Assembly: GCA_030390025.1 (NCBI GenBank)
Contig: CM059432.1
Coordinates: forward strand, 50,966,001 to 51,030,000
Source: Squalus acanthias
Lineage: Eukaryota
DNA length: 64,000 bases
Reading direction: 5' to 3'
In this document: positions 35,202 through 47,872 of the stretch, one piece after another
Layout: each line of letters starts with the position of its first letter
How positions within the stretch are numbered: the stretch's first letter is position 1
Notes under the pieces: model-generated
What the model was told of the DNA's origin: nothing
Seen by the model: only the letters and a program-made list of their open reading frames with translations
Database searches by the model: none
Translations under genes and position numbers: made by a program

Positions 35202-37609
35202 TAAAGAGTTCAGAACATTGTACAGCCACTACAAGCACTTTAACCTGGTTGAAGTAGCAAACAACACCAATGTAAAACAAGCAAAATATCTTGCAGGTGT
35301 TTATCCCTTTAAATATTGCTGGCAATGGCCGCCTGACAATTTACGTCGCCCATGGTTTGTGGGTGGGTAAAGGAACTGCTGTTATCAACGTGGGTGGAGC
35401 TGAAATGGCATCAGGGTCCTAACTGTGTCATTTGACTCCATATTTGGGCATAACTGGAGCAGTAGAGACGCAAAAATCATCCCCTAATAAAAAAATAATC
35501 ATCCCCTTTGACTTTTGCAAAGGAATTTTCTTCTAAACTTCCAATCCATGGACATTGCAAAATGACAGCTGAGGTGGGGGAGGGGGAATGGCATTTTCTT
35601 TCCGCGCCAGCAATTCATTTACAGTCATTACAAGTTGAAAAATAAGGATTTGCTATCAGAGCAAGCACACCACTTTTGCTTTATCTTTGTCCCACAAGCA
35701 ATCTAGAGACAGGAAAATGGATAAAGTAGGGGTTTAATGAGAGCCCTCTGTCCATCAGAAGTTAGGTAATACATAGATCAGCTATAAAGCTTTCCCTTTC
35801 CAAATTCAGAGCAAATTACATTAGTGCTATAAAGCCAAGACCATTGGTTACAGAAGTTGAAATGAGGACAGACAGATCTGCTCCTAATTCTTATGTTCTT
35901 ACATAACACCACCCCTGCCAGAGTACGCTGGGTTGGGGGTGGGCACTTAAATTGCATGGGGGCAGCGGGCACCTGCACCACTACAGATACATCTTCGGCA
36001 TCTGCCTGTCCAAAGCTGCTGGGACATCCAACATCCCTTCACAGTCTGCCGGGCAGGGAGATGTTCCAAATGGCCTCCTTTTTAAGGGGGGCAGAGTTTC
36101 AAAAGTTAAAAATGTCCTGTGAACTTTTCGGGGGTCCAGGCCAATTCTTTAACTTGGTTTTCGATGGTGGGGTCCACTTCTGCCCATCAACAGGCCAGTA
36201 CGCATCTTCTTCCGCCATGTGAGGCCAGGGCACAGCAACCTCTTGTGAAGTCAATGGAAATAAAAATCGGGAGAGATGTAAAACAGGCTGCCAACTCACT
36301 GTCACCTGTTTTACAAAATTGCACAAAGTCAAGATCTACCGCTATGCTTTTAAAACCCAATTTTTTTTCCAAATCCTTTCTGTGGAGAAATGGCCAAAAG
36401 ATCCCAAAATGTGACTTGCCCATTCTGACTGACCATCCTTAAATCTTGCATCTATGCTTGATATTCCTCAAGGATCTTTCTTTTAAAACTTGACTCCAAA
36501 CTTGGATCCCAAAGCTTGTCAGCTATAGTCAACAGTGTCTGCCTCCTCATCTTCCACCCTCACATCTCTCGCCTTGTGCTCTGTGCCTCATTATGAATTA
36601 CCCTGTGCATCCCGATCTATTCCCTTCCCCTGACCCACGTCTCTAGGCTGTTGCTTGGGAGGGTTATGGTCAATGATGGCTCAGGCGATGGACTGCTGGT
36701 GTATGAAGCAGAGGAGCTTTTGCTATTCACCTTCCTCCTCTGATTGCTGATAGATTAGCACATGTAGAAGAGGATAAGAAGAAGAGAGATCACAATAGGT
36801 TGCTGAGGACCCCGAGTTGAATGTGAGTTGCAGAGGAAGGATAGACATTAAGGTTTCATTATCCAGATCACGGTCACATTATGTGAGATGCAGCAACATG
36901 AGAAGGAAGAGAAATTGAATGTGAAGATAAATCAGCAATTGCATCTGGCCTCCAAATTCCCCTTCTTCCATGTGCTGCAAGGACCTCCAAGGCTCGCTCA
37001 AATGGATTGAAATGGTGAAGGTTATGGAGACCACCACCTGTGGCCGACCTCCCCCCGTGGTTATGGGCTGTTTTCTTCTTTAAAAAGAATGCAGATCGTG
37101 TAAATGCCCAGTGGCTACCTTGAGATTGGGAGTTGTTCTACCAGGAACACAGTGAAAGAAGTTGTTGAGAACTGACACTCTAGTGCATTCCTGAAAGACA
37201 GGTCTCACTGCTTTTTTTACCTTGGCTGATCTGATAAGGATATTGATTTCTTTTGCAGCATTGAGAACCTATTTAAATAATTCTGGAGATACCAGGACCA
37301 ACTCCTTCCATTGTGTCTACACTTTGCCCTTTGATGGCCTCCTCCTCTCCAAAGCTAACATGGTCTCTCTCCTCTCCTGAGAAGAACCTCTATAGAATGG
37401 TCTGGAAATGTTGGGGCTCTGTGCCGTGCTGTTGATGTTGAACTGATCATTGTTTTGAGCCTTAGGGCTACACTTCCTCCTCCCCTTCCTCCCAGGCTTT
37501 TGGCTCTTAAATCCAGCAGCAGCTTCTATTTCCCATGCCCCCTTCCGGTATTGAGCTCCTTAATAGGAGATAGGAATACCACTGGGAGCCCACCCTTAAT
37601 GTACATAGT

Positions 37610-38272
37610 GGGCTGGATTTTCATAGGGCCGTGGAGTCAGGTTTGGAGGCGGGTGGGGGGTTAAAATTGCGAAAAGTGGCAGGTGGACCTGATCCCGCCT
37701 CCACGCAATTTTGATAAAATTGTGTGCGGTGTTCCCGACTCTGTCCCACCTCCAAGAGGCGGGAGAGGCCATTAGAGCCCTTAACAAGCCCTAAATTGGC
37801 TCTGTAATGCCATTTTGAAACTTTTTAGCTAGTTTAATCCTTTTCCGACGTGAAGCATGCCTGATGTGAAACACGCCAGTGAAACCTGGCGGGAACACAA
37901 GTGGATTGCTGACTCTCAGCTGCTGGTCCACTATTACAACGGAGATGTGATGAAGGTAGTAGTAATATTAGGTCTGAAAGTCGCCTCTGATGCTGCTGCA
38001 TTGAAGGTCTTTACAGACTGCCTGGCCTTTGCTGTGAGAGGACCTGGATGCAAAAAAATTTCTCTCTCTCTCTCTCTCTTCTTAGAGCTGCTGCTCATTT
38101 TGCATCCTCTCACAGCAAAGCCAGGCAGTCTCACAGCAAAACCAGGCAGTCTCTGACCTGCAATGCAGCAGCAATGATGACATCATCAGAGGCGACTTTC
38201 AGACTGAAACCACTAATTGGTTCATGGGTTCCCACATGCTGGAACTCAATTGCCCAATTAAGTTAAAATTCC
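37610..38272. mobile_element. Harbinger-type MITE containing a long foldback
   Basis: Left end GGGCTGGATTTT; inverted arms at about 37972-38056 and 38098-38204; right end uncertain. Confidence 0.6.
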
Positions 38273-39075
38273 ATCAATCTCCCACATCCAATTGCAGTCG
38301 GACAGGGAGATTAGATAACAAAAGAGCCAGTAAGGCAATAGGGAATGGGAGAAAAGACAAACAAGGGGAAGGAACATAAAGTGATACAGCTACTAGTATC
38401 CTACGTTTGCTTTTTTGTCAAGGATTGAGAAAGTCAGTTCCTGCAAACTTTTAAAAACTGCAATTTCTGGCCAGCTGTCAGAAGGCTTACTAGGGAAACA
38501 TTTCATTTCTGGAGACTATTGTACAACTGAAAATTAACCATGGAAGGGCCAATAATGTAACCCGTGTGCAGTGTTGATGGTCTGCCCGCGCCTCAGAGTA
38601 TAATGTTGCTGCATAACGCAAGGTCAAATAATTTGCATGATTTCACAATCTTCCCAGCACACAATGCCCGGCATGAATCATACAATGATACAGCACAGAA
38701 GGAGGCCATTCAGCCCACTGTGCCTGTGCTGGCTCTTTGAAAGAGCTATCTAGTTAGTTCCATTTACCAATACACCTGCAAATTATTCCCCTTCAAGAAT
38801 TTATCCAATTCCCCTTTGAAAGTTATTATTGAATGTGCTCCCACCACTGTTTCAGGTAGTACAGTCCAGATCATGACAATTTGCTGCGTAAAAAAATTCT
38901 CCTCATCTCCCTCTGATTCTTTTGTCATTTATCTTAAATTTATGTCCTCTGGTTACCGAACCTCATGCCAGTGCCAACAGTTTCTCCCTATGTACTCAAA
39001 ACCCCTCATAATTCTGAACACCTCTATTAAATCTCCTCTTAATCTTCTCTGCTCTAAAGAGAATAATCCCAGCTT

Positions 39076-39448
39076 AATAACAACAGAAAACGCTGGAAAA
39101 ACTCAGCAGGCCAGGCAGCATCCGTGGAGAGAGAAAGAGAGTTAACGTTTCAGGTCGATGACCTTTCATCAGAACTGGGAAGAGCCGGAAATCAAATAGA
39201 TTTAAGGCCAGGGTAAAGCTGGGAAAAGGGGGAGGGGATAAAGGAACAAAGGGGGAGATGAAGAGACATTAAGAGATATGCAAGGCTAGAGGTGGTGTTA
39301 ATGTGACAGATTAAGGCTGAATGAGGTGTGAAATCCACTGGCAGAATGAAGGACAGCTGCCAGCTTCTAGGAGGAAAAAAAAGGTGGGGGGGGGAACAAA
39401 TAAAAGGGTGGATAAAATAAAATATAAATGTGATTGGAGCTCAGCTTC
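39076..39448 (-). mobile_element. Penelope-like (pLTR) fragment
   Basis: 10-bp TSD ATCCCAGCTT (39066-39075, 39449-39458); contains a hammerhead motif; homologous to 58647-58801 and 59652-59795. Confidence 0.8.
39140..39176 (-). ncRNA. Minimal type I hammerhead ribozyme motif
   Basis: AGUU-CUGAUGA-A-AGGUC(AUC)GACCU-GAAA-CG-UU-AACU: conserved core, 5-bp stem II, 4-bp stem I, palindromic AACGUU in place of stem III. Confidence 0.8.
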
Positions 39449-40168
39449 ATCCCAGCTTCTCTGATGTCTCCACATAACTGAAGTCCCTCATCCCTGGTAC
39501 GATTCTATTAAATCTCTTCTACACCCTCTCTAAGACCTTGACATCCTTCCTAAAATGTGATGCCCAGAATTGAACACAATACTCCAGCTGAGGCCCAACC
39601 AGTGTTTTATAAAAGTTTAGCATAACTTTCTTGCTTTTTTACTCTATCCCTCTATTAATATAGCCTTGTATCGCCTATGCTTTTTTAACAGCCTTCTCAA
39701 CTTGTCCTGCCACCTTCAAAGATTTGTGTACATACACCCCCAGGTTTCTCTGTTCCCCCTTTAAAATTGTACCATTTACTTTCTATTGCCTCGCCTCATT
39801 CTTCCTGCCAAAATGCATCACTTCACACTTCTCTGTATTATATTTAATCTGCCATGTGTCTGCCCATTTCAGCAGTCTGTCTATGTCCTCCTAAAGTCTG
39901 CTGCAATGCTCCTCACTGTTTACTACATTTCCGAGTTTTGTGTCATATTTACATTCATGATTTATGTACCAGCTGTATATTCATGGTATAATAGCCCTTT
40001 GTCTTCATGAATGGCAAAGTGTTTGGTCTAGTGGCATGTATGGTCTCATGAATGAAATCTTTGATGGCCTTCACTTGTGGGAATATTGCTAAGTGGTAGA
40101 AGTGAAGAGATGGCTCTTTCTTTATATCACAGGAAACAGGTTGAAATCGATGGCCCTGCCAAACAATA

Positions 40169-40860
40169 GGTTAGATTTTGACTCAGGGTAGAATTGGTGT
40201 GAGGTGGTTTGGGGTGAAGTGGGCGGTGGACGTGGAGAAAGGGAACAAAGCCGATTTACACTGTGACCTCATTTTAATGTTGGACATCTTTCTCCTGCCA
40301 GTGGAATTGGTCTCAAGGCCATCAGGTGAAGCCAGAATTGGGGCGGGAGTCAGACGTCACCAGGGATCCAAGGGAACAGTGTTTGGCATAAGTTAAGTGC
40401 GGAGTGGTTGTTTCAGAGCCGATGCTGCTTGGGGGAGGGAGAGGAAAGATTATGGCAGGGGAAGGCCAAGGATTCCTTGCGGGGCCAGAAGGAGGACTCC
40501 TGTTCCTCCCGGCCCGCAAGGAATCCTTCCAAAAATGAATTGAACTTACCTTGGCCACTTCTGGTCACTCTGCTGTCTCCCGCTAGGTTTGTCACCAGGC
40601 GGGCCTCCCCTCTGAGTTCCAGTAAAAAGAACGTTGTAGCGCCGATGACGTCATCGGATTGCAACTTTTACATTTCCAATTAGGCCCCCGCCTGCCTGCA
40701 ATGGGAGCCTTCACCGACTTAAAAGTCAGCGAAGATAAAATGTCGCTGGGCAGGAACAACGCGACCTAGGGGCAATAAGTCGATTCCCCTGATTTCAACC
40801 CCCTTCACCTACCATTTCCACCAAGGGGGATTTGGGGTGGGGGTGGTTAAAATCGACCCC
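40169..40860. mobile_element. Harbinger-type MITE
   Basis: Ends GGTTAGATTTTGAC / GTTAAAATCGACCCC; GC-rich interior. Confidence 0.6.
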
Positions 40861-42584
40861 AGTTGCCTATTTGCTGCAATTGTGAACTGAAGATTGGAAG
40901 ATGCAACTGAGATGTCCTTCACGTGAGCCTGGAAGGAACCTGCCTCAAAAATTCAACATAGCTGTAACATTGAAAGTCAACGAGAGAACCATCTCTGTGC
41001 TGGAACCAATCTTCAAGTCAGTCTGCAGAATTAATTGATGCCTTTCTTTGGTAATTAAAGTTTGCACTGGCAAGTCTCTTCAGGCAGGTTTTAAAAAAAA
41101 ACCTGCCCTCTATGCACACGTGTCAGAAAAAAGTGTCTGTTGGAAGCAGGTAAAGCACAATCTCACCCGTCTTTGATGAATCCTCTGATTCATGTCAGAA
41201 AATGTAAATAGTGAGGTAAGCCCTTAGGAATACCTTATCTGGAATGTGTAGAGCAGTGCAACAACTGCAGTTGTAGGAATGGTCAGTGATTAAAGAAGCA
41301 GCAAAAATGTAGGTAAATATCAGGAATTTTCCAACTAACTTCAAGAACTTCCTTCATATTACAAGACCAAACAGTGTAGAACCAAAGTTACTCACAGAAA
41401 TGTAATGAAAAACATGGAGTCCATTAATAATAAGAACTCAACTAAGTGAACAAGCCTGCCTACCACCACCGGCTTTAAACAGGTGCTCAGCCTATCAGGC
41501 AATTCTTCCATCACCCAATCATGTAATTAAGAGGCCCTGCTCATTTACATCAAATTGTATGGTGTAATGAGCCTTGCACACTTTCAGTGCGCAGGTTTCA
41601 AGTATACGATGCACATCTGCCTCACATTGTGACGTGCTACACTCATCAGGCAAGGAGGCCTGCAATCACCTCCATACCTGATAATATGACAATCCTATGC
41701 CAGATGTGCAATAGCAGATCAGGCAACCGACACTAGATTATTGGCCACAATGTGTTATGCTTTAACCCTCAACAACATATTTTCCACATACCTATACACA
41801 CTGGCCCTGAAAATCCATGGGAAGGATACATAAGCTGAAGAGGCTTCCCCCAGTAACCCTCATATAGCAGGAGACCACTTTAAAAATTCAAAACAAAACT
41901 TTTAACCCTTAACCTTCGATGGATTCAGGCTCCAATCACAACCTGAACCCCTAGGCGGGCACCACGTCTGCTGTGTCAGGGAGGTACGTGCTCTGCCGAT
42001 GCTACACTGGGTCCCAACTGAAGGCCAGGGCATTGGAATTCCCAACTTAAGGAACCCTACATCCGAGCTATATAATTGTCAGGATCCATCTGGCCAGGAT
42101 CTTCGGTGCTGAACATGCCAAAGTTTGGAGGGTCATGGAGAGATCCCTTCATTTAAATGCCAATGGCGGACATTCGCACCACCAGGGCTGCATCTCAGGC
42201 ACTCGCCCATCAAAAGAGGCTGTGTCCTGTGGCGTAAAGTACTGGTTCTGTGAGTGGTGCTGGTGCAACCCCTGAAAGATTACACAAGTGCCCCCTTTAT
42301 AGGGGCAAAAAAGGTTTTATATATTGCCTGGAATCTTCAGGGTCCAGGGCAAGATCTGGACCTGGACCCCAGGTGGTCCTTATTTCTACCATTTAGAGGG
42401 CTGGTACACCTGATCCACCCAGCAAATGAAAGGCTGGGGAAACAGAAACTTCTGGCACTGTGCGTCCCCACTGCAGGCCCAGCCCACTCATACATTGATG
42501 GCCTTGCTTGGGGCAAGCAGTGGTTCCACACCTAAAAAGGCCATCTGGATAATCCCACGTTAGGCCAGGACCCAGGTATGCTGG

Positions 42585-44127
42585 TGTTGGACACCGTGGA
42601 GAGTTAAAGGATTAACAGTCGAACTTCTTTGTATCATGGAGCAATAGGCTTTCCAATATAAACAGGAAGACTTTGAACTATCGTGAGAGGAATGCATAGC
42701 TTGCCTTCTGATATGTAAAGTGCTTGTGCACAGAAATACATGACAGTAATGACGTCATCCATGAGTGATTAAAGTGTAACTTTAGGGGCTAAGGTAATAA
42801 ACATAGGTAGAGGTATCCATTAGCTATAGTATAGAAAGATAACGGTTGATAAAGCCTGTTCTTCAAAGATGTTGGAAACTGTTAGATCAGGAAGTTTCAT
42901 TTAGGGGGAGTAGCTTTGGAGTAAACAACTACAACTGTTTGCATGAATAGACTGTCTTCAAAGGATTTGGGGATAGATACATCATGAGGTCTTATCTATG
43001 ACATGTACCTTTGATGTAGGCAAAATATGGTGTATAAAGGAGCATGGTTTTCAATAGGTCTTGGGCTTGAAAGATACAGAAACCAAAAAGCCACTCTCTG
43101 ATCCAGGTTGGGTTGATCCTTAATCTAGTTATCAATAAAACCAGTTCTGTATACTACAATACAAAGGGGTAGAAATTAGGTCGCGCCCCATTTGGGGCGC
43201 AAATATCGTCTGGACGCAAATATTAGCGCCTGGCGCTAATTATCGGCACTGACTGGAAACTTCACTTTTACCGCCCCGGGAGGTGAGTGGAGCGCTAAAG
43301 CAGGCGCTGCACACCTGTCTTAAGGTGCAAAGGCCAAGGAGTGAGGTGCTAACTCAGAGTGCTGGCGAAGCTCATGTAATGTCAGTCAGCAATGGAACAC
43401 ACACACAATGGCACGGGCCAGTTCTTAAAGGGGATGGTTAATCTTGCTTTCCATCCACATCCTGTTCATTGCAGCCTTGAATCTCGGCCTGGAGAGACTT
43501 GCACATCAAATGTGCTGGAAAGAACAATGGAGAGTACCAGGCAAAGAGCTCAGAGTGCAGCTCCCACAGTCTCTGCTAAATCGATACAAGGAATGGCAAA
43601 TCAAAATGAACCTGCAAAGTGCTGCTCAGTACCCAAAACTCCTTCACACAACGTTGAATCTCTCCAGAAGTCTCTCCCTCTCTCTCTCAGAATGCGTAGT
43701 TCAAAAATGCCACCAACAATAAAAGACAGGAAGAGGCCCCCTTTAAATAGCGCCCCCCCCCAGCCCCACAGCGATTGATAGCGTTCCAGTCTTCTGGTCG
43801 TTGGATGCGCCAGGCGGTAAGGCAGGGGGCGCCACTCAATTTCTGCTCCGGGGCGCCACAAGGGCGTTGCACCATGGAATGACGTCACAATCTGCGTGCG
43901 CAGGTGGTCGCAGCGGTAAGTTTTAGCGCCGCCGCACAATCTCAAGTTAAGTTCTCGAGCGGCGCAAACATCGCTGCGCCCGGGCGTTAGCGGCTTTGCG
44001 CCCCATTAGCGCCCTCTTAAGGCGCTAACGGGAGGCGCAACCAACTGAATTTTTACCCCAAAGAGTCTCCTGTTTACTCAAAACGTGTTGTTGTGAGCCA
44101 CAGAAGGAGGGAGGTTGAATGCTAACA
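42585..44127 (+). mobile_element. Putative solo LTR (about 650 bp net) interrupted by a MITE
   Basis: TGTTGG...CTAACA ends; TATAAA near 43033; AATAAA near 43134; TSD weak. Confidence 0.55.
43166..44059. mobile_element. Young CpG-rich PIF/Harbinger MITE
   Basis: TIR GGGGTAGAAATT / AATTTTTACCCC; 3-bp TSD AAA; last ~85 bp nearly identical to 16597-16681. Confidence 0.92.
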
Positions 44128-44214
44128 GTTGTTTCCTGACTTAACGTGTTGCCCTTCTGACGCACTCCCACGACAAAACTCTGGAATGGCTGTGGAAGTT
44201 CAGCCATGCCAAAA

Positions 44215-44576
44215 ATTGAGTAGAGGAGTGTAATGGTACTAAGAGAAGTATCCCAGAGGTTGGGAGTTCAAATCCCACAATAGCATGTTGTAAAATTGAA
44301 ATCAATAAATTTGTTAAATTATGAGCTAGCACAAAAAAGGAGATGACCATGAAAGCTTCTGGATTATTGTAAAAGCCCAACTATTTCACAAATGTCCTTC
44401 AGGGAAGGGAACCTACCAACACTACAGATAATTTGAGACTCACACAACATGAGTGACTCCTAATGCCCTCTAAAGTGACAATCACAATGTTCAAAATGGT
44501 TCATGGGCCATCTCAGGGCAGCTCGGGCGGGTAATAAATGCAATCTTTCCAGAGTCACCCACATCCCAAGAACAAT
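44215..44576 (+). mobile_element. tRNA-derived SINE sharing head, body and tail with LINE-B (diverged)
   Basis: B box GTTCAAATCC at 44266-44275; body AATGTCCTTCAGGGAAGG; tail AATAAATGC...CCCACATCCCAAGAAC. Confidence 0.75.
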
Positions 44577-46274
44577 TTTTTTTTAAAGAACCCATTCTAT
44601 ATTTAATCTGGGAGTGCTTGAGATTTATATTGAGTTAAAACCTTCTATTCTCCAGAACAAATATTCTCTCCCTTGCTAAACACAAAATTACAGCCAGAAA
44701 TAAAAAATTGAGAACAATGACTACAAACAGTGTCTTAAACTACACTGTTAGGTAAAAATGCTTTCTTGTAGAATGTAGGAATCAGGTTACTCCGAGTAAT
44801 GTAATTAAGCTTATTTCTTGTAATAACATGCATAAAATGTTTATTCTCCATATTCACAGAGGCACGACTCCAGTTGTAGATTCTACAAGCAGAGTTAACA
44901 ATGACATAAAATCCCCTTCTCCACTTTTCCTTCAGGTTACATTCACACTGACATGAAAGTTTGAATTCCCATCTCAATCTACTGGCTAAGCTGTACAATA
45001 TATCACAACATGAATTATTTCATGAACAATAATGTGTAAAATAGAGGAAGTAATTTTCTGATTTGAGCACAGCTTTAGTGAACTAAAATGAGTTTAGTTA
45101 CCTCATGTAGTTCCTTCGGCAATAGTGCACTGAAGTACAGGGTGTGTAAACTGATGTTCAAACATGTACCAGTCAGTATGATGTGCCTAGTATGCAAAGT
45201 AGTTTTTTTTATTTCACACGGTTCTAGACACTCTGAAATGTTTATAAAAATGTAAGAAGTAATTATGAACTTATCTTTATAACCTTTCAACACCATTTTC
45301 TGTTAAACCTCTGCCTGTGGAAAAGTAAACCTTTGGAAATACTGTATTACATTTGAGTATTGACTTTCTAAATGCAATATTTTAACTCTTTAAGAACTAT
45401 TCACATGTATGCACCATTATAAATTAATAACTGCTCTATAATTTCATACATTTATATAATCGGACTTGATCAGGTTTAGAAAAACCAATTGTTTATTTTG
45501 CAAATGTTGTAGGACAGGAAAAATATGTAACAAAAGTTCAAAGGTTTCTCACTACACAGAACATTAACGATAAATGTTAACAGAAGGAATACATAGGTTA
45601 TATCTCTCTTTGCTTTCTTTAATATATTGAATCTAGATTCTAGCTGAATGAATAGTGAATGACTGCTGTAGCTATCTCCAGCACTTCAGCTAAGGTGCCT
45701 TTGTGAACCCCAGCGATACAAGGTGAGACCTTACCAATCTTTCATTGCCTTACACTGGTTAGCCAGTCTGTCTCTGACTAATACTGTGCTTGACAACTTG
45801 ACCAAAACAAGCAACTCATTGTCTGTGGGAAGCACACGTGCAAATGTTCACCAAGCTTAGGATCTGAATCCAGTTCTCCCAGCTGCACAACAGTTTACTT
45901 CACACATTGCACCGCTGGGGCTGAAATGCCAGCGTTAATCACCTTTACACTTAAACTCTGGTACTGTGCTGCGTAAATAAGTAAATACTAATGAAAGTAA
46001 AAGAATCCTGCCTATATAAAGCCTATGAACCAGATCAAACACTTTGCACCTATTAATTGAGACCAATGAAAAATTCACATTAGTAACTTGAGGAGTAGAA
46101 GGAGGCATTCAGCAAATATAAAATTTTCCAGCCACTGCAAAGTTTGAACAATAATTTATACTTTTATATTTTCCTTGTCCTCACTTCAGTTACCTCATTG
46201 CCATAGAGAAAATTAAACAAATAAAATGCTTTTTTCTCCCCTCCTCCGCTCCATATGACAATCTAGTAAATTAG

Positions 46275-46520
46275 AAAGAATGAAAGAACTTACATTTATA
46301 TACCTTCCAGATCCTCAGGACACCCTTCACAGCTAATGAATTACTTTTGAACTGTAGTCACTGTAGTGTTGTAGGCAAATACAGCCAAAGTATGCATAGT
46401 AAGGTCTAAAAAACAGTTATGAGATAAGTGATCAGATAATCGGTGGTGTTGGTTAAGAAATAAATGTTGACCAGCACACCAGAGAACTCCCCTGCTCTTC
46501 TTCAAATAATGCTATGGTAT
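46275..46520 (-). mobile_element. 3' fragment of the Deu-type SINE
   Basis: Colinear with 29767-29972 plus 30468-30507. Confidence 0.75.
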
Positions 46521-46549
46521 ATATTAGGTTGTGTGAAAATGTTTTTTAT

Positions 46550-46826
46550 GTCATTCCTATTATGCTTATGGGGATTCCGTACATGAATGGAATCCCCATA
46601 AGCATAATGGGGATCCCCATTTTGATTGGTTGGGCCGGCCCATGTGATCACAGGGACGTTTGCGAACCGCATGCGCCCCGGGATACGTGGGCCTTAACGC
46701 AGGCGTACGCCTGCAGGCCCAGGACTGCAAAAGTCCGAAGATACGGAGACACCAGGTAGGTGTGTAGTTTTCTTGTGAATCGGAGGCATTCGCCCGCGGG
46801 AAGCCTCCGACTGCAATTTCAGGTCC
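46550..46826. mobile_element. Partial MITE, inverted homolog of 19869-20140
   Basis: GGAGGCATTCGCCCGCGGGAAGCCTCCGAC.GCAATTTCAGGTCC end. Confidence 0.75.
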
Positions 46827-46901
46827 TGTATATTTCAGATATTTCATTCTAGTTCAAAAAGCATGAAATGAAGTGTAGAACAGAAAATTATTCCTAAAAT
46901 T

Positions 46902-47586
46902 GAGGCCCCAACATTTACAGACAGGCGGGGAGGGAGTGGGTGCACATGTTTGTGGGATTGGGGAAATTGCAAAAGCCGGGAACGCGGAGGTCCTGACAAA
47001 TTTAACAGCATTATCAAATTTTTACTCCGTTTCCCGTCTGGCTGGTTGACAGGCTGGCCAGCTGCTGGGCGGGGAAGCCCGCGGTAGAAAGCCGCAACCG
47101 GGGACCATTGGGAACAGTCCCTGGCTACCGGGAAACATCGCGGGTTGGTGTTGAGGGGGGGCGGAATCAGACCGGCAATTAGGAGGGAGGTGGGACCAGG
47201 AGAGATCGCAGGGTTGGTTGGGGGGGGAGGGGGGGGGTGGGCGGATGGAGTCGGATCAGCAATCAGGAGTGAGGTGGAACTGGGAGAGATTGCCGGGATG
47301 GTGGGGCGAGTGGGACTGGAAATTGGGAGGGAGGACCAGGAGAGATCGTGGGTTTGGAGGGTGGACGTCGGCTGATCGCGGCAGAAGATTTGCTTGAGGG
47401 GCTGGGGGAAGCACTCCTGCTCTTCCTGACCCACAGCAGTGCTATAAAAAGCACTTACCTGTTGGATCTGGCTGCTCCCACCTCCCTTTAGCCCTGGGAA
47501 ACCCGGCCGGACAGCGGAAAATTTAAATGGCTGCCAAAATATCATGAACGGAGCCCATTTTGGGATGGTGGGTTAAAACTTCCCCC
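46902..47586. mobile_element. Harbinger-type MITE with G-rich interior
   Basis: GC-rich block ending TTAAAACTTCCCCC in AT-rich context; left end uncertain. Confidence 0.55.
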
Positions 47587-47791
47587 TGAATTTCTGAACT
47601 GGAACAGGGAACGGACATTGACATAATTCCACTGAATATTACTGTGTGTGGTCTTTCATTTATTTTGATTACTACCCAAGATGGTATTCCAATTGTGGAT
47701 TAATGTTTCATTGGATCCAGTCTAGAGCCACCTTAGAGCCCCAGAATCCATGCACGCTTACCATCTACCTCATTCTTGGCTTCATTGGCTG

Positions 47792-47872
47792 TACTTCATT
47801 GGCTGTAAAGCGCTTTGAGACGTCCGGTGATCGTGAAAGGTGCTATATAAATGCAAGTCTTTCTTTCTTTCT
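47792..47872 (+). mobile_element. SINE 3' tail fragment
   Basis: TTCATTGGCTGTAAAGCGCTTTGAGACGTCC...GCTATATAAATGCAAGT(CTTT)n. Confidence 0.75.

Larger units (their letters stand above)
38675..39950 (-). mobile_element. CR1 LINE 3' part, decayed, interrupted by a Penelope-like insert
   Basis: 3' UTR ATACAGCACAGAAGGAGGCCATTC; colinear with 1445-2350. Confidence 0.9.

Noticed and set aside
45735..45822. Possible minus-strand exon with good AG and GTAAG signals
   Set aside because: The open frame matches nothing I recognise, and isolated splice-like signals are common by chance.
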